Assembly (NCBI RefSeq): GCF_004010195.1 | Contig: NC_057719.1 | Span: 10,845,974 to 10,909,973 of the forward strand | From: Chiloscyllium plagiosum | Taxonomy: Eukaryota | Direction of reading: 5' to 3' | Length of the DNA stretch: 64,000 nt | Part shown: in pieces, positions 13,871-26,669 of the stretch | Layout: every line of letters begins with the position of its first letter | Numbering within the stretch: the stretch's first letter is position 1 | Made by a program: the position numbers and the translations under genes | Notes under the pieces: generated by a model | What the model saw: only the letters and a program-made list of their open reading frames with translations | Told to the model about the DNA's origin: nothing | The model's database searches: none

Positions 13871-13967
13871 CTGCCATTTTTTTATAACCTTGAATATAGA
13901 AATGAGACCCCCAATTCTTAAACCAGAAAGCATTCATTTCTCAGCAATAACATTAATCATTTTAACA

Positions 13968-14240
13968 AAGAAGATCCCACGGCACAAAAGATGATTGTTC
14001 ACAATGTTGTCCTGGCCAATATTTAGCTTTCAACCAATGTGACTAAAAAAAAACTCAGATTTTTAATTTTGTCATTACAGTCTCACATTGCTGTTTGTGG
14101 GAGTTTGCATTGTGCAAATTTCCTGCCGTATTTCCCAGTTCACAAAAGCGACTGCACTTCCAGTGCACTTTTATCATGTTTCAAAACTCATTTGGGCAGT
14201 CTGCAGTCAAGGCAGGTGCTATATAAACGCAAGTTCTTTC
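13968..14240 (+). mobile_element. Deu-domain SINE (SacSINE1/AmnSINE1-like) fragment
   Basis: aagatcccacggcac...tgtcctggccaatattta...tcacattgctgtttgtgggag...gtgctatataaacgcaagttctttc matches the recalled Deu core and tail. Confidence 0.7.
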
Positions 14241-16539
14241 ACTTGTCCTTTCGTGGTGGGTAGAAGTTCATGGAAGTTGGGAAAGAAAGAAGTTCAGGAA
14301 GAAACGGTTTCACTCCTGTTAATTGCTTTTTAACAGTTTGACTTTGTAACAGTTAGTGAATTTCGACTGCCAAACTGAGCCACGAGCTGCATTACAGATA
14401 ATGAAAATGAACTGCAATAATTCAGGATCACAAGATAGAGGTGAGAAAGGACATTCAGCCTATTTTAGCTCATTGATCTGGAAAAATCTACAACATCACT
14501 GTAAAGCATCCAACTGTCACTTAAATGACAGCAAGGTTCGTAACCTTAGCACCCAACCCAGAGGTCCCTTTCTTATGTTTATTATTCTTTGGGAGACACC
14601 AGCAATAAATAGTGCTCCACTTTTACATTTTCAACACTGTTTACTACCACACAAATCAGTCATACATTATAGAATTGCACAATGACAGAGGACAGAAAGT
14701 CCACTGCCCTTTCCTTTTAGTCCTGCTGTTGTTTATCATTCAAGTATTTATCGAATTCCCTATTATGACCTGCTATCAAAACTGCTTGCACCACTCCATC
14801 AGGTAGCACATTCCTGAGTGTAACAACCCAATGCATTGGAAGGAATTCTCATATTCTTTTGCCAATGACCTTATATCTATGCCCTATGATTAACAACTCT
14901 TCTGCCACTGGAAACATCTTCACTTAATCAAAACCCCTCGACACAGGATTGAACATCTCTATTAAACCTCCTATTAATAACTCCCTTAAGTACAAAGTTC
15001 TGGCGTTTTCACCATCTTCAATTTTGATCACCCCACCATTGTTGCACACACTTTCACCTGTCTCAGCTCCAAGCTTTGTACTTGAGGGTATGGACAACAG
15101 AGGCTCCAAAGGTAGATCACCTCCATCCTCAAGGCCAGTTTGGGATGGGCAATAAATACTAGGCCAGACGGGGAAGCCCACATCCCATGAATAGATTAAA
15201 CAAAATCCTTCCCTCCTTCCATTTCTCTCCCTGTCTGCCTTTCTTTTCTCCTTTATGGCATTTTGTAAAATCTACTTTTCCCAAGATTTTTGCTCACCTA
15301 GCCTAATGTCTTGTCATGTTGACCAGTACATTACTGTGTTTTATAATGGCATTGTAAACACCTTGGGATGTTTTATTATCTGATAAAAAGTAGACAGTGG
15401 TGGAGTGGTAATGTCACTGGATTAGTAATCCAGTTAGCTGATGGACTCGGAACACGTATGGAACTAATCATGTATGACAGAGGTTCAAATCCCACCATTG
15501 CAGTTGGTAGAATTTAACTTAAGAAAATCTGGAATGAAAGCTGGTGTCAGTATTGGTGGCCATGAAACTAAAAACCCATCTGGTTTACTAAATGTCCTCT
15601 AGGGAAGGAAATCTGCCGTGCTTACCTGGTCTGGCTTACATGTGACTCTAGATCTAAAGTGTAGTAGTTAACACTGAATTGGCCCCAGTTAGCCACTCAG
15701 TTCATGGGCAATTAGGAATGGACAACAAATGCTGGCCTTGCCAGTGATGCCCAAACTCCATGAAAGAATCAAGGAAGAACAAGGTGTTAATGAAATATAA
15801 GCAGTTGTTACTGTCAACATTCTGTGCTCTAAGGGATAATATGCTACCAATTGTTGATAAGTCCCGTCTGCTCATTCTCCCGAAATCAGGCTGGTGAATC
15901 TTATCTAAAATGCCTTTGGGACAAGAATGTATACTTCTGACAGAGAAAGTGTCATGGAATTAAAGGTGCGGACTGAATCTAGTGTCAGATATTTTCAATG
16001 TGACACGCCCTCCACTTCATGCCTTTCATGCAAGCCCATGGTTTGGTTTCATTCCCTATCAATTAATACTGACTATCAGCGAATTAATCCAAATCTAAAA
16101 TTTGCCAGCGCTTGCAAATTCTACAAATTCCTACATCCACCTTCTCAAAAGTTAACTGTCAGATGCTGGTAACCAAGGCAACACAACAGTCGCAAATCAG
16201 CTGCACCTTAGCTGTCACCAACTGAATAATTACTTACTGTGAAAGAAATGCCCACTGTAGGACTGCTGACCCAAAAAGAAAATTACTTTGCTACCACAGT
16301 GTGGTTCAGGGTCAGCCAAGAGCTCTTTTGCTGTCAGTGTGCTGTTCCTTACAAGCTGCAATAACTTTGATAATTCTGCAAAGCCTAATCAATACCGCCT
16401 CGATGGTTTGGCAAAGAAAACACATTATAGGATCTTATTGGGATTTGCAAAGATTGTTGTCTGAGACTGAATTTGTTTTAAAGTGACTTTCACTTTTTAA
16501 TACATCAAAACATGGATGCTTGGAAAAGTATTAAAGTCA

Positions 16540-17286
16540 AGAATCTAATCAAGGGGTTCAGATGGTTTATACATAGAATAACGGATATCCAGGGGCAAGT
16601 TATAGACTAGAATCTAATATTGGGGCCTTAGATAGTTCATATACAGAATAGTGGATACCTGAAATGAGTTACAAACTAGAATCTAATTGAAAGAAAAATA
16701 TGGTTTATATTTCGAATAATGGATAACCAGGAGTGAGTTACAGACAGGAAACTACTCAAGGGGTTCAGATGGTTTATATATAGAATAATGAAAACTCAGG
16801 AGTGAGTTACAGACTGGAATCTAATTGAGAAGTCCAGATGCTTTATATATAGGATTATGGATAACCAGGAGTGAGTAGCAGACAGAAACCCAACTGAGAG
16901 CTTCAGATGGTTTATATATAGAATGGATACCTGGCAGTGAGTTACAGACAGAAATCTAATTGAGAGTTTCAGATGGTTTAAACATATGATGGATAACTAG
17001 GAGTGAGTTACAGACTGGAAGCTAATCAAAGGGTACAGATGGTTTATATATAGAATAATGGATACCTAGGAATGAGTTATAGATTGGAATCTAACTGAGA
17101 GCTTCAATGGTTTTTATGTATAGAATAATGGATACCCTGGAGTGAGTGACAGACTGGAATATAATTGAGAGAATCAAATTATTTACATTTAGAATAATGG
17201 ATTCCTGGGAATGCATTATAGACTGGAAGCTAACTGAGATGTTCAGATGACTTATATTTAGAATAATGGATACCTGAGAGTGAGTC
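16540..17286 (+). repeat. Tandem array, ~69-bp unit, ~11 diverged copies
   Basis: gagtgagtta-like anchor recurs at 16731, 16800, 16869, 16935, 17001, 17070, 17140, 17209, 17278. Confidence 0.95.
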
Positions 17287-18321
17287 ATGGCTGAGTCAAT
17301 GGACTTGACAACCAGAACCTTGTGGAGATGATGGGGACCTCAGCTGCTAACTGGACATCCAACGGGAATTCCATGTCACCTTTTATCAAAAGCTATTACA
17401 TTTTGTTCAACTCAGGCACTTGACAGGCCACCAATGCGGTCTTTCCCTGTGACAAAGGATCTTGGGATGGAAATCATGCCTGTCAGCTGATCAGAGAGCA
17501 GCAGCCTTACTGAACAGCTGTGCCACAGAAAAGATGGTGGCAGCTGTCAATCCAATACCCACCTGAGGCCTAGCATTGTTGCTGGATCCCAGGCCACAAG
17601 TCAGAGCGGCAGGTTGGGAAGGGTTGGTGGATGAGCAACAAATGGTATCTGCTAGCAGTTCCCCCTTTCCAATACTGGGCCCTTTGGTCAGGCACAGGTT
17701 GTCTTTGAACAAGGACCTTTCCTCCCACACTGTCCTTACCCTCAACTCTAGCAACTTCAAGACAATTGCTCAGAGAGTCTGGCAGGAATCTCCCAAGTAT
17801 GAGGAATTGACATTTTTAGATTTTTGTACTGATAAAGGAAATGATTCCTAAGAAAATAGCTTTGAGATTGAAACTCTGGTTATTACACAGTGAAGCAGCA
17901 TTCGTTCACTGTGCCTGTCTTGAAAAGAGCTCCCCAATTATTCACATCCCCGACACTATTCCTGTAATTCTTTCTCTTTCAACTATTTATCCAAGTCCCC
18001 TTTGGAAATTACTAATATATCTGCTTCAACAGTGCATGCAAGGTCATAATAACTCACTGCATTAAAAACAAATTCCTTTAATTTCACCTTGATTCTTTTG
18101 TCAATTATCTTCAATCTACGTCTGTTGGTGATCAACCCTCCGACCACGAGAACCAGTTTCTTCTCACTTATTTTAACCAAACCAATCATGATTTTGGACA
18201 CCAATATTAACGTTCCTCATAATCTTATCTCCTCTAAGAAGGATAGTCGTCACATCGGTGATAAATAAAACAGGAAATGTTTGAAATACTCAGCTAGTCT
18301 GGCAGTGTCCATGGAGAGAGA

Positions 18322-18680
18322 TGATGTGGAGGTGCTGGTGTTGGACTGGGGTGGACAAGGTCAGAAGCCAAATGACACCAGGCTATGGTCCAACAGGTTT
18401 ATTTGAAATCACTGCTCGTCGGGTGAAGTGAGAGATAAGCACACAGGCACCAAATTTATAGGCAGAGGGATCAATGGGCAGAGAGGTCAAAAGATCATAC
18501 AAATGGCATAACTGAAGTGTTGACAGGCTGAAGAATAAGTCTCCACAGGTTATCAAAACAGTCAGATGGTGTGAGTGAAATGTCAACAACTGAACAGCAA
18601 ATGAAGGGGTGACTTATAATCCAATTAATTGAGACAGACAGATAATTACAAAAGATTAAAAATAAGGTGGTGCTGGAGAC
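18322..18680 (-). mobile_element. PLE-derived element of the AGCU family; hammerhead partly deleted
   Basis: Shares gtccaccccagtccaacacc...tccacatca and ttcaaataaacctgttggac with 19665-19769 and 47690-47880. Confidence 0.55.
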
Positions 18681-18735
18681 TCTCTCAGCCAAATCTCATC
18701 ATGTGTACTTGACTGACAGCACGAGAGCCCCATTA

Positions 18736-18896
18736 CAGAACAACCTCGGTTATCCGAACATCGATTATCCAAATTTCTGATTATCCGAACAAGATCTCAA
18801 GGTCCTGAGTTATCTGAACATTCAATTATCCAAACATTCGATTATCCGAATATAATACTCCCTGCCTGTGTCGTTTGGATAATTGAGAGTGCCCTG
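18736..18896. mobile_element. pogo/Tigger-like MITE with internal ttatccgaac repeats
   Basis: TA|cagaacaacctcggttatccgaac ... gtttggataattgagagtgccctg; about 6 direct copies of ttatcc(g/a)aa. Confidence 0.65.
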
Positions 18897-19177
18897 CACT
18901 CGGTTGAAACATCTGAGTCCAGGGAAAATGCTGCTTGATTTCCAGCCCTGGGTCTCCAATCTCTGCTGTCATTTTTTTTGTATAACCCAAGACCAAATCA
19001 CCTGTGCAACTAATTAAAATACCAATTAACAAGCACTACCCACCAGGGGCAAAGCAGCAATAACAATATCGGGGAGGGTAGAAAGAGTAGGAATGAATTA
19101 AATTAAAATGGAGTTGGGGGGGGTGGGGGGGAACTGCTGTCAATACTTTTCTATTCTTCTAATCAACTTGTTCAGAC

Positions 19178-19496
19178 ATTAGATTAGATTCCCTACAATG
19201 CGGAAATAGGCCCTTCAGCCCAACCAGTCCACACCGACCCTCTGAAGAGTAACCCACCCAGATCCATTTCATTTCCCTCTGACTAATGCATCTAACACTA
19301 TGGGCAATTTAGCATGGCCAATTCACCTGACCTGCATATCTTTGGACTGTGGGAGGAAACCGAAGCACCTGCCGGAAACCCACACGGACACGGGGAGAAT
19401 GTGCAAACTTCACACAGACAGTTGCCTGAGGCTGGAATCGAACCTGGGACCCTGGTGCTGTGAGGCAGCAGTGCTAACCACTGAGCCACCGTGCCA
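19178..19496 (-). mobile_element. V-SINE (HE1-like)
   Basis: Full head, V-domain and tail. Confidence 0.9.
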
Positions 19497-19504
19497 TCAT
19501 AATA

Positions 19505-19593
19505 TTATTACACACACCTGGAGAAGGTGGGACCTGAACCCTGGCCTCCCAGTCCAGGGGTAGATACACTACCACTGCACCACACAAGGCCCC
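19505..19593 (-). mobile_element. Short tRNA-derived SINE, third family (similar copies ~50315-50392 -, ~58548-58642 +)
   Basis: Reverse complement gtggtgcagtggtagtgt...gggttcaggtcccacc gives A/B-box-like motifs. Confidence 0.5.
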
Positions 19594-19664
19594 AACCTAT
19601 TTTTATGAACTTTTTGTTATTCATCTATTTTTCTAATCAATCTGCTCGGAGTTTTTATTACACA

Positions 19665-19769
19665 CTGGGCGAAGGGGCAACACTCCGAAAGCTTGTGATT
19701 TCAAATAACCTGGTATTGTGTGACATCTGACGTTGTCCACCCCAGTCCAACACCAGCATATCCACATCA
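19665..19769 (+). mobile_element. PLE-derived element (AGCU family) with degenerate hammerhead
   Basis: ctgggcgaaggggcaacactccgaaagctt followed by the family tail. Confidence 0.6.
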
Positions 19770-21114
19770 AGTCTTTGTATTTTTACACAGGAATTTGGCA
19801 CTCTTGCATTTGGCCTGATGTGCCCAAGAAGAAATGCTTCAACAACATATCTCTCTTTTTAGCAACAGCCTCAGGTTCTTCCTCAGAGTGCATGATATTA
19901 GAGAGCCCCTTCCACCATTACTCACACCGTGCACACAGTGGAGTATGAAGTATTTGGTATATCAAATCTTGGGACTGAGATTCAGAATACAGCAAGCTCC
20001 TACAGCACACTGAAAGCACTGATTTTATACAGCAACAGCTTGTGCCTTAAATGTTTACAATTGATCCAACTGCTACTAATGGTAATTTCTTATCAATACT
20101 GATTCCTCAATGACAGTCTTATTATTAAAGGTTGGGAGAAAATTGGCCTTGTTAACCCTGAAAGGACTGAATGATGAGGATTATTTCAGCAGAACAGCAA
20201 AAAAAATTAGACTGTCGACAGAGCTGTGGAATAAAATGCAACATTGACAGCAGGGCTGAGAAAAAAACACAGGTTGATGCTGGAAAGGGAGAAAAACACA
20301 GGATTGATATCAGGAAATCATCATCAGACCTCAGGCAGAATAGTGAAGGGATTTTTGTTTTTAACTCATTCAAGGGATGTGGGTGTCGCTGGCTGCGTCA
20401 GCATTTATTGTCCATCTCTAGTTGCCCTTGAGAAGGTGCTGCCATGTGGAAGGGTCACTCAACCAGAAACGGTTAACTCTGATTTCTCCACACAGATGCT
20501 GCTCAGACCTGCTGAGCTTTTCCAGTTTTTGCTTGTGGTTCAGAAGGCAGGCGGTCTATTTGCTGGAGGTGCACCCACAATGGTGTTAGGGAAGGAGTTC
20601 CAGAATTTTGTCCCAATGACGAATAAAAACGTGAAGAAAGATGGAAGCCTAAGCAGGTCAGGCAGCATCTTTCGGAGGGAAATGTCTTTCATTCTCCAGT
20701 TCCAATGTGATTTCTACAGATGCAGCCTGGTCTTTTGACCTGCTGAGTGAGATTTGCCTTCCAGCTTTTTGTCTTTGTTTTAAGATTTCCAGCATCCTCA
20801 GTTCTTCATTTGGGGGAAATACTTTGAAATCATTTCTGAGACGGCAGGGTGTTGTTAATGGGACACTTGGAAGTTTCTCCAGTTAGCTCAGCTTCATCTA
20901 ACTCGTGAACCATGATATTCACCAGTTTGGCCGAGTGACTGTTGACAAACCAATCGACTTGTGAAAGTGCACAGCAGCTGCCCATATTGATCCAGACTAA
21001 CAGACAGATAAGCAATGCTGTACTTAGATTCACTCAAGCATGTACCAAGAGAGCAGATTCTGTGGAATCATTCGTTCTTGCCTCTGGAATGAAGGCAAAC
21101 CAAACAGAATTGAG

Positions 21115-21307
21115 ACTGAAAACAAAAAATATGGAAATCACAGCAGGTCAGACGGCATCCATGGAGGGAGAGCAAGAGCTCTAATGAAGAGTCATCTAGA
21201 CTCGAAATGTTTGCTGGCTGTCTCTCCATGGATGCTGCCTGACCCACTGCGATCTCCAGCATTTTTTGTTTTCAGTACAGATTCCAGCACCTGCAGTAAT
21301 TTGCTCC
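21115..21307 (+). mobile_element. PLE-derived hairpin element with hammerhead-like core
   Basis: Inverted arms; CUAAUGA-A-GAGUC-AUCUA-GACUC-GAAA at 21181-21207. Confidence 0.7.
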
Positions 21308-21389
21308 TGCAAAGAGATTTGATATTTGGTTTAAGCTGGCATTGTCACCTTGCAAGCTGCAGCACTATTCCCCAACTTGTGCTCCCACT

Positions 21390-21852
21390 TAAAGAAAGAA
21401 CATGCATTGTTATAGCGTCATTCATGAACTCAAGACGTCCCCAAGCACCTGCTGTAGTCAATGGAGCACTTTCACAGTGTGGTCACTATTGTAATTTAGT
21501 AAACACAGCAGCCAATTTCTGAACAGCAAACTCTGAGAGCAAAGCTCCCCCAAAGAGCAATGCGATAACTGGTTTTTGTGAGGCTTATTAGCAGATAATC
21601 GCCAGGAATAATTTTCCTCCTCCTCCTTCAGATAGTGTTATACAACCTATTCCGTCCAAATCAGAGGGAAGGTGGAACCTCTTATTAATTTCTCATTCGG
21701 AAAGACATCTCCCAAATTGCAACCATCTTCTCAGTCCTGTAAGAGTGTCAATCGGGAGTTGGTGAAATAAGCAAGTGAAACACTCAAACCTTTGGCGAGG
21801 GACTTCAATGCACAATCCTCACTGATGGCATTGCTACCCATTGAGCCACAGC
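21390..21852 (-). mobile_element. Old Deu-domain SINE (SacSINE1-like)
   Basis: Reverse complement has gctgtggctcaatgggtagc head, aaattggctgctgtgttt core and cgctataacaatgca tail. Confidence 0.6.
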
Positions 21853-23144
21853 ATAGAGCTCCTTCCCAAGGGAGTGAGAGATCCCTTCAATTGTCGCCAC
21901 TCAATGAAGTGAATGAATTGAGTTTGAGTTTGAGTTTGTTCAGCACTATTGCTTATCCAAGTTGAACTGCATGCAAAAACTCTCGGATTGCTGGACATTG
22001 ATAAAAATGTTCCTTCTCCCTGGGTGGTTTAGATTGATAATTGAACTAAAAATCTACTGGCATTGTAACAAAGACTAAATTGTACTCAGAATTTTAAATC
22101 AAGTATTGGCAGTACCTTTATAACTGTCACAGTCAACAAAATTATTGAAATATGCATGATATTTATTAATTTTAAAAAACACTAAACACTTCAAAGTTTA
22201 CTTGCCCTTTCCTCTATTTTAAATATTGTTGTTGTTACTGTATGATCAAATTTTCTTTTCCAAAAGTGCTTTTTTTCCCAAGCTGTTGTTTTCCTGGCAA
22301 CATACTCTTTTACCCTCCCTCATTTCCATCATCTGTTTGCAGAGATTGAACCGACTTGCAGAACAGTTTGCTCTTGAAAATCAGCTGAAGGGACCGTATT
22401 CTCAGCTAATCTTGAGCTCACTATTTGATCAGATTGGTGACAGATCACAGAAACATACTGCACCATAACAGAATCTCTTCAAATGATGCCATGAGATGGA
22501 CTCTTGTAACCACCCAGAGGTGCACGTTTAGTGGAGGGAGCATTTAATTGATGGGTGAGGATCCCATCATCTTACTTCCTTCACTCTGATTAGGTCAAGG
22601 GTGGGAGGGTTCATTAACACCCCCTCAAGGGACACATTCTGTTGCTGCTGGTATTAACCCTAGCATGATATCTTGCAGGTTCCCACGAGGAGTTATTTGC
22701 TCAAGAGTATGCTTAAACGTGAGCCCTCATATTGAGAAGGCATGGCTCACTGGGAGCCAGCACCCTGCTGACAGCACATCTTCTGTGGCCCCCTCCCAGA
22801 CATTGCTGTGGCCTGACTTCCATTTCGATCTGAGACCTCAGGTGGATGTTTTACGAGTGGCAGCCACCACCTCTCTGGTGGCACTGTTGAGCACAGAAGA
22901 GTTGTTGGCCTCCTTGGCCAACAGCTTATGTTGCGCAGGACCATGGTCCCAGGGACAGATCCATTACTGGCCTGTCCAGGAGCTCAGTGCAACATGATGT
23001 ACTCGGCCTTTTAAAACATGGGGTCCTGATGGGCATTTCATAGAATCTTTACAGTGCAAATAGAGGCCATTCAGCCCACTGAGTCTGCACCAACCTGTCA
23101 AAGAATACTCACCCTTATTCCCATAACCCTGCATTTCCCATATG

Positions 23145-24492
23145 ACCATAAGGCAGAGGAGCCATTTGGCCCATTGTGTCTACCCTACCATTCAATCATA
23201 GCTGATAGGTTTTTCAATCCCATTTTCCTGCTTTTCCCCTATAACCTTTGATTCCTGTGGTAATCAAGAACTTATCTATCTCTGCTTTAAATACACACAA
23301 TGACTTGGCCTCCACTGCCTTCTGTGGCAACAAATTCCAGATTCCCCACTCTCTGGCTGAAGAAGTTTCTCTTTATCTCCGTTCTAAAAGGTCTTCACTT
23401 TACTCTAAGGATGTGGTCCCAGGTCCTCATTTCTCCTATCAATGGAAACATCTTAACATCCACTCTGACCAGGCCGTTCAGTATTCTGCAAGTTTCAGTT
23501 AGATCCCCCTCATCCTTGAAGGAAGGGCCTGTGCCCGAAATGTCGAATCTCCTGTTCCCTGGATGCTGCCTGACCTGCTGTGCTGTTCCAGCAATAAAGT
23601 TTCAACTTTGATCTCCAGCATCTGCAGACCTCACTTTCTCCCCCTCATCCTTCTAAACTCCATCGAGTACAAACCCAGAAACCTCAAACGTTCCTCGTAT
23701 GTTAAGCCTTTCGTTCCTGGAACTATTCTCGTGAACCTCCTCTGGACGCACTCAGGGCTAATACATTCTTCCTGAGGTACAGGGCCTAAAATTGCTCACA
23801 ATACTCTTAAACATCCTATAAAGCCTCAGAAGTACCATCCCTGTTTCTAAATTACAGTCCTCTCAAGGTGAATGACAACATTGTATTTGCCTTCTTAACT
23901 ACCAACTCAACCCGCAAGTTTACACGAAGAGAAACCTGGACGAGTCCCTTTGAACATGAGATTTCTGAATTTTTTTCCCATTTAGAAAATACTCCATGCC
24001 TCTATTCTTCCAATCAAAACGCATGACCTCACACTTTCTCACATTGTATTTCTTTTGCCACTTCTTTGCCCACTCTCCTAGCATGTCTACATCTTTCTGC
24101 AGCCTCCCTACTTCCTCAATACTACCTGTCCCTCTGCATATCTTTGTATCATTTGCTAATTTAGCCAGAATGCCCTCAGTTCCTTCATCTCGATTGTTAA
24201 TGTATAAAGTGAAAAGTTGTGGTCCCAACACTGACCCTTGTGGAATACCACTTGTCACCGGCTGCCATCCTGAGTAAAACCCTTTCATCCTCACCCTCTG
24301 CCAGACAGCCAATTTTCTACCCATGCTAACACCTTGTCTCTAACACCATGGACCCTTATCTTACTCCGCAGCCTCCCATGCAGCACCTTATCAAAGGCCT
24401 TCTGGAAGTCCAGATAGATAACGTCCATTGGCTCTGTTGGACTAACCTACACGTTTCCTCCTCAAAGAATTCTAACAGGTTTGTCAGGCATG
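23145..24492 (-). mobile_element. CR1 RT fragment through 3' end
   Basis: SGIPQGSVLGPQLFTLYINN...AKLANDTKI...YNVRKCEVM. Confidence 0.9.
23518..23638 (+). mobile_element. PLE-derived solo element nested in CR1, 14-bp TSD
   Basis: TSD tccccctcatcctt at 23504-23517 and 23639-23652; begins in the hammerhead core (gaagggcctgtgcccgaaatgtcgaat). Confidence 0.8.
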
Positions 24493-24499
24493 ATACAAT

Positions 24500-24727
24500 C
24501 ATGACTAACCCACCGAGCTTGCACATCTCTGGACACAATGGGCAATTTAGCATGGCTAACCCACCTAACCTCCACAGCTTTAAACTGCGGGTGGGAACTG
24601 GAGCACCCAGAAGGAACCCACGCAGACATGAAGACAATGTGCAAAGTCCCCTCAGATAGTTGTGTTAGGCTGGAATGGAGTGGAACCTGAGTCCTTGGAG
24701 CTGTGAAGCATCAGTGAGCCATCATGT
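24500..24727 (-). mobile_element. V-SINE fragment
   Basis: gggcaatttagcatggc and V-domain. Confidence 0.8.
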
Positions 24728-26220
24728 GAGACAGCGAGAGAGCAAGAGAGAGAGAGGATGGAATAGGGAGAAGGAGAAAGGGGTCTTTCAATGGCTGCAC
24801 AAATTTACCCCAGTAATAGCTGGCAGAGTGAGGTGTAAAAGGAAAGGGACATGGATGATAAGGTTAGGAGAACACAAAAAAAAATGACAATTTCAGTGTC
24901 AAAGTACTGCTTGTGAAATGATCCGCAGGAGAAAGCACAGATGGGAGACAAGTCTGAATGATGATTACCATCATACGCAGGAACAGCTCTTCCTTCATGG
25001 TGCAAGTATAGCAAATGTTGTCTTTTTGCAAAGCAAGCAGTAAAGTATCTGACAGAGGTCAAGCTGAACTTGTCAGAACCAAGTAAAAACTGGGAGCAGG
25101 TGCCTCCACTGAACTTTTACTTCCTTCCACACTGAGCAAACAGGCACTACACTATTTGCAAGATGAGATTCACTCTGAGTGGCGACCCAATTTATTTCTC
25201 TTGAAGAACACGCTATCAAAACTATTAATTCAAAGCAGTTGGCTGCCAGATGTGGCATTATTTTGATCTTGATAACTGTATTCCTGTTGCTGAACCAGTA
25301 ACAGGCCTCTGTTAAAAATAATAGAGAACTGAAAGACCATTATCTCAAGTGTGTAATTGTACAATGGGCTGCCACTCATTAATATTCATGGAGTTCCAAA
25401 CAAGGCTTCTATGGAGAGCAGCTTTAGATGAATTACAGTTTAAATTAATCAAAAGTAACTGGATACTCTTAGGGTTATTTTCTTTTTGTTCAAAGTTCAC
25501 AGTATTTGTGACAGTGATCTCAAATTAGCGTTGCAATGGTAAAATTTGGATATGCGCCATCAGGTTTACCATTTTCAGTTATTGTTCGATCAATTAATTA
25601 CATTTCTATTCAGACATATACTTGTAGAGAAACCACCTCAAAATAAATTAAAATGAAACCGATTATTTTACACAGGTGAAGGAAGATATTTCAGGTGTTC
25701 TGATCCAGATTGGAAACATCAGGAATGGGACCAAGCTGTAAAGGTGGTTTTGTATTCTGCAAGGTGAAAAAGGTCTTTAGGGTCTTTAGATCAGCGGCTT
25801 TTATTAGCGTTTTCTCTGTCAAAGCAGTCTTCTTTGGTGACCACACATCCACCCCAGATCCCATCCCATCATCAATTGCATTGGGTCAGTTCAACACATA
25901 TCAGGAAGGAAGACAGCACAGAGGAGATTTACCAGAATGGGTTCCAGGGATGAACTGTTTTAGTGATAAGGTTCGGTTGGAGAAGCTAGGATTTTCTATC
26001 CTGAAGGGTTTTGCATTTCTGAAGTACTGGATTTCATGGACTGAGTATTCTTCTTTTGTGCCATAATGACCAATCTTTTAATCACAATGGCTGCAAGCGC
26101 TGGAACTTTCTCTCTCTCTGTAAATTCCTCTTCTTCTCTTTATCTTCTGAAAGAAATTTCCCAAAAACCCAAAATCTCTTTGGCCATATACATGGCCACT
26201 TCCTCAATCTTTCTCTCCAT

Positions 26221-26532
26221 ATAGGCGAAAGTGAGTACTGCAGATGCTGGAGGTCGGAGTCAAGATTAGAGTGGGGCTGGAAAAGCACAGCAGGTCAGGC
26301 AGCATCTGAGGAGCAGAAAAATCGACTTTTCGGACAGGAGCCCTTCATCAGGAATGAGGCTGGGGGCCTCCGGGGTGGAGAGATAAATGGGAGGGAGGTG
26401 GGGCTGGGGAGAAGGTAGCTAAGAGGTGGATGATTCTCTCCCAGCCCCACCCCCCCCCTCCCATTTATCTCTCCAACCCGGAGGCTCCCAGCCTCATTCC
26501 TGATGAAGGGCTCCTGCCCGAAACGTCAATTG
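26221..26532. mobile_element. PLE-derived hairpin element with two opposed hammerhead cores
   Basis: Inverted arms ~26320-26412 / ~26435-26530; near-perfect 13-bp TSD tctttctctc(c/t)at at 26208-26220 and 26533-26545. Confidence 0.8.
26496..26531 (+). ncRNA. Minimal type I hammerhead ribozyme motif
   Basis: AUUC-CUGAUGA-A-GGGC-UCCU-GCCC-GAAA-CGUC; first stem I pair lost (G>A after the cleavage site). Confidence 0.7.
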
Positions 26533-26669
26533 TCTTTCTCTCTATTAAATGACTCAGTCCATCTTCTTGTAAAGCGCTTCATTTATTTGCATAAAAGGCA
26601 GACTGATTTTTAAAAAAAAATTCCAGGGGCATGGGCACCGCTGGCAGTATCAGCATTTATATAGAACAT

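Noticed and set aside
16540..17286. CRISPR-like periodic array
   Set aside because: Whole units are repeated with no unique spacers, no cas genes, and the context is vertebrate intron.
17290..17770. GC-richer blocks with short ORFs (also ~22500-23040, ~52420-53020)
   Set aside because: No recognisable protein or splice structure; probably old unclassified repeats that I cannot name from sequence alone.
24958..25052. C/D-box snoRNA-like motif pair (ATGATGA...CTGA)
   Set aside because: On the strand opposite the host gene, with no convincing terminal stem or recognisable guide.
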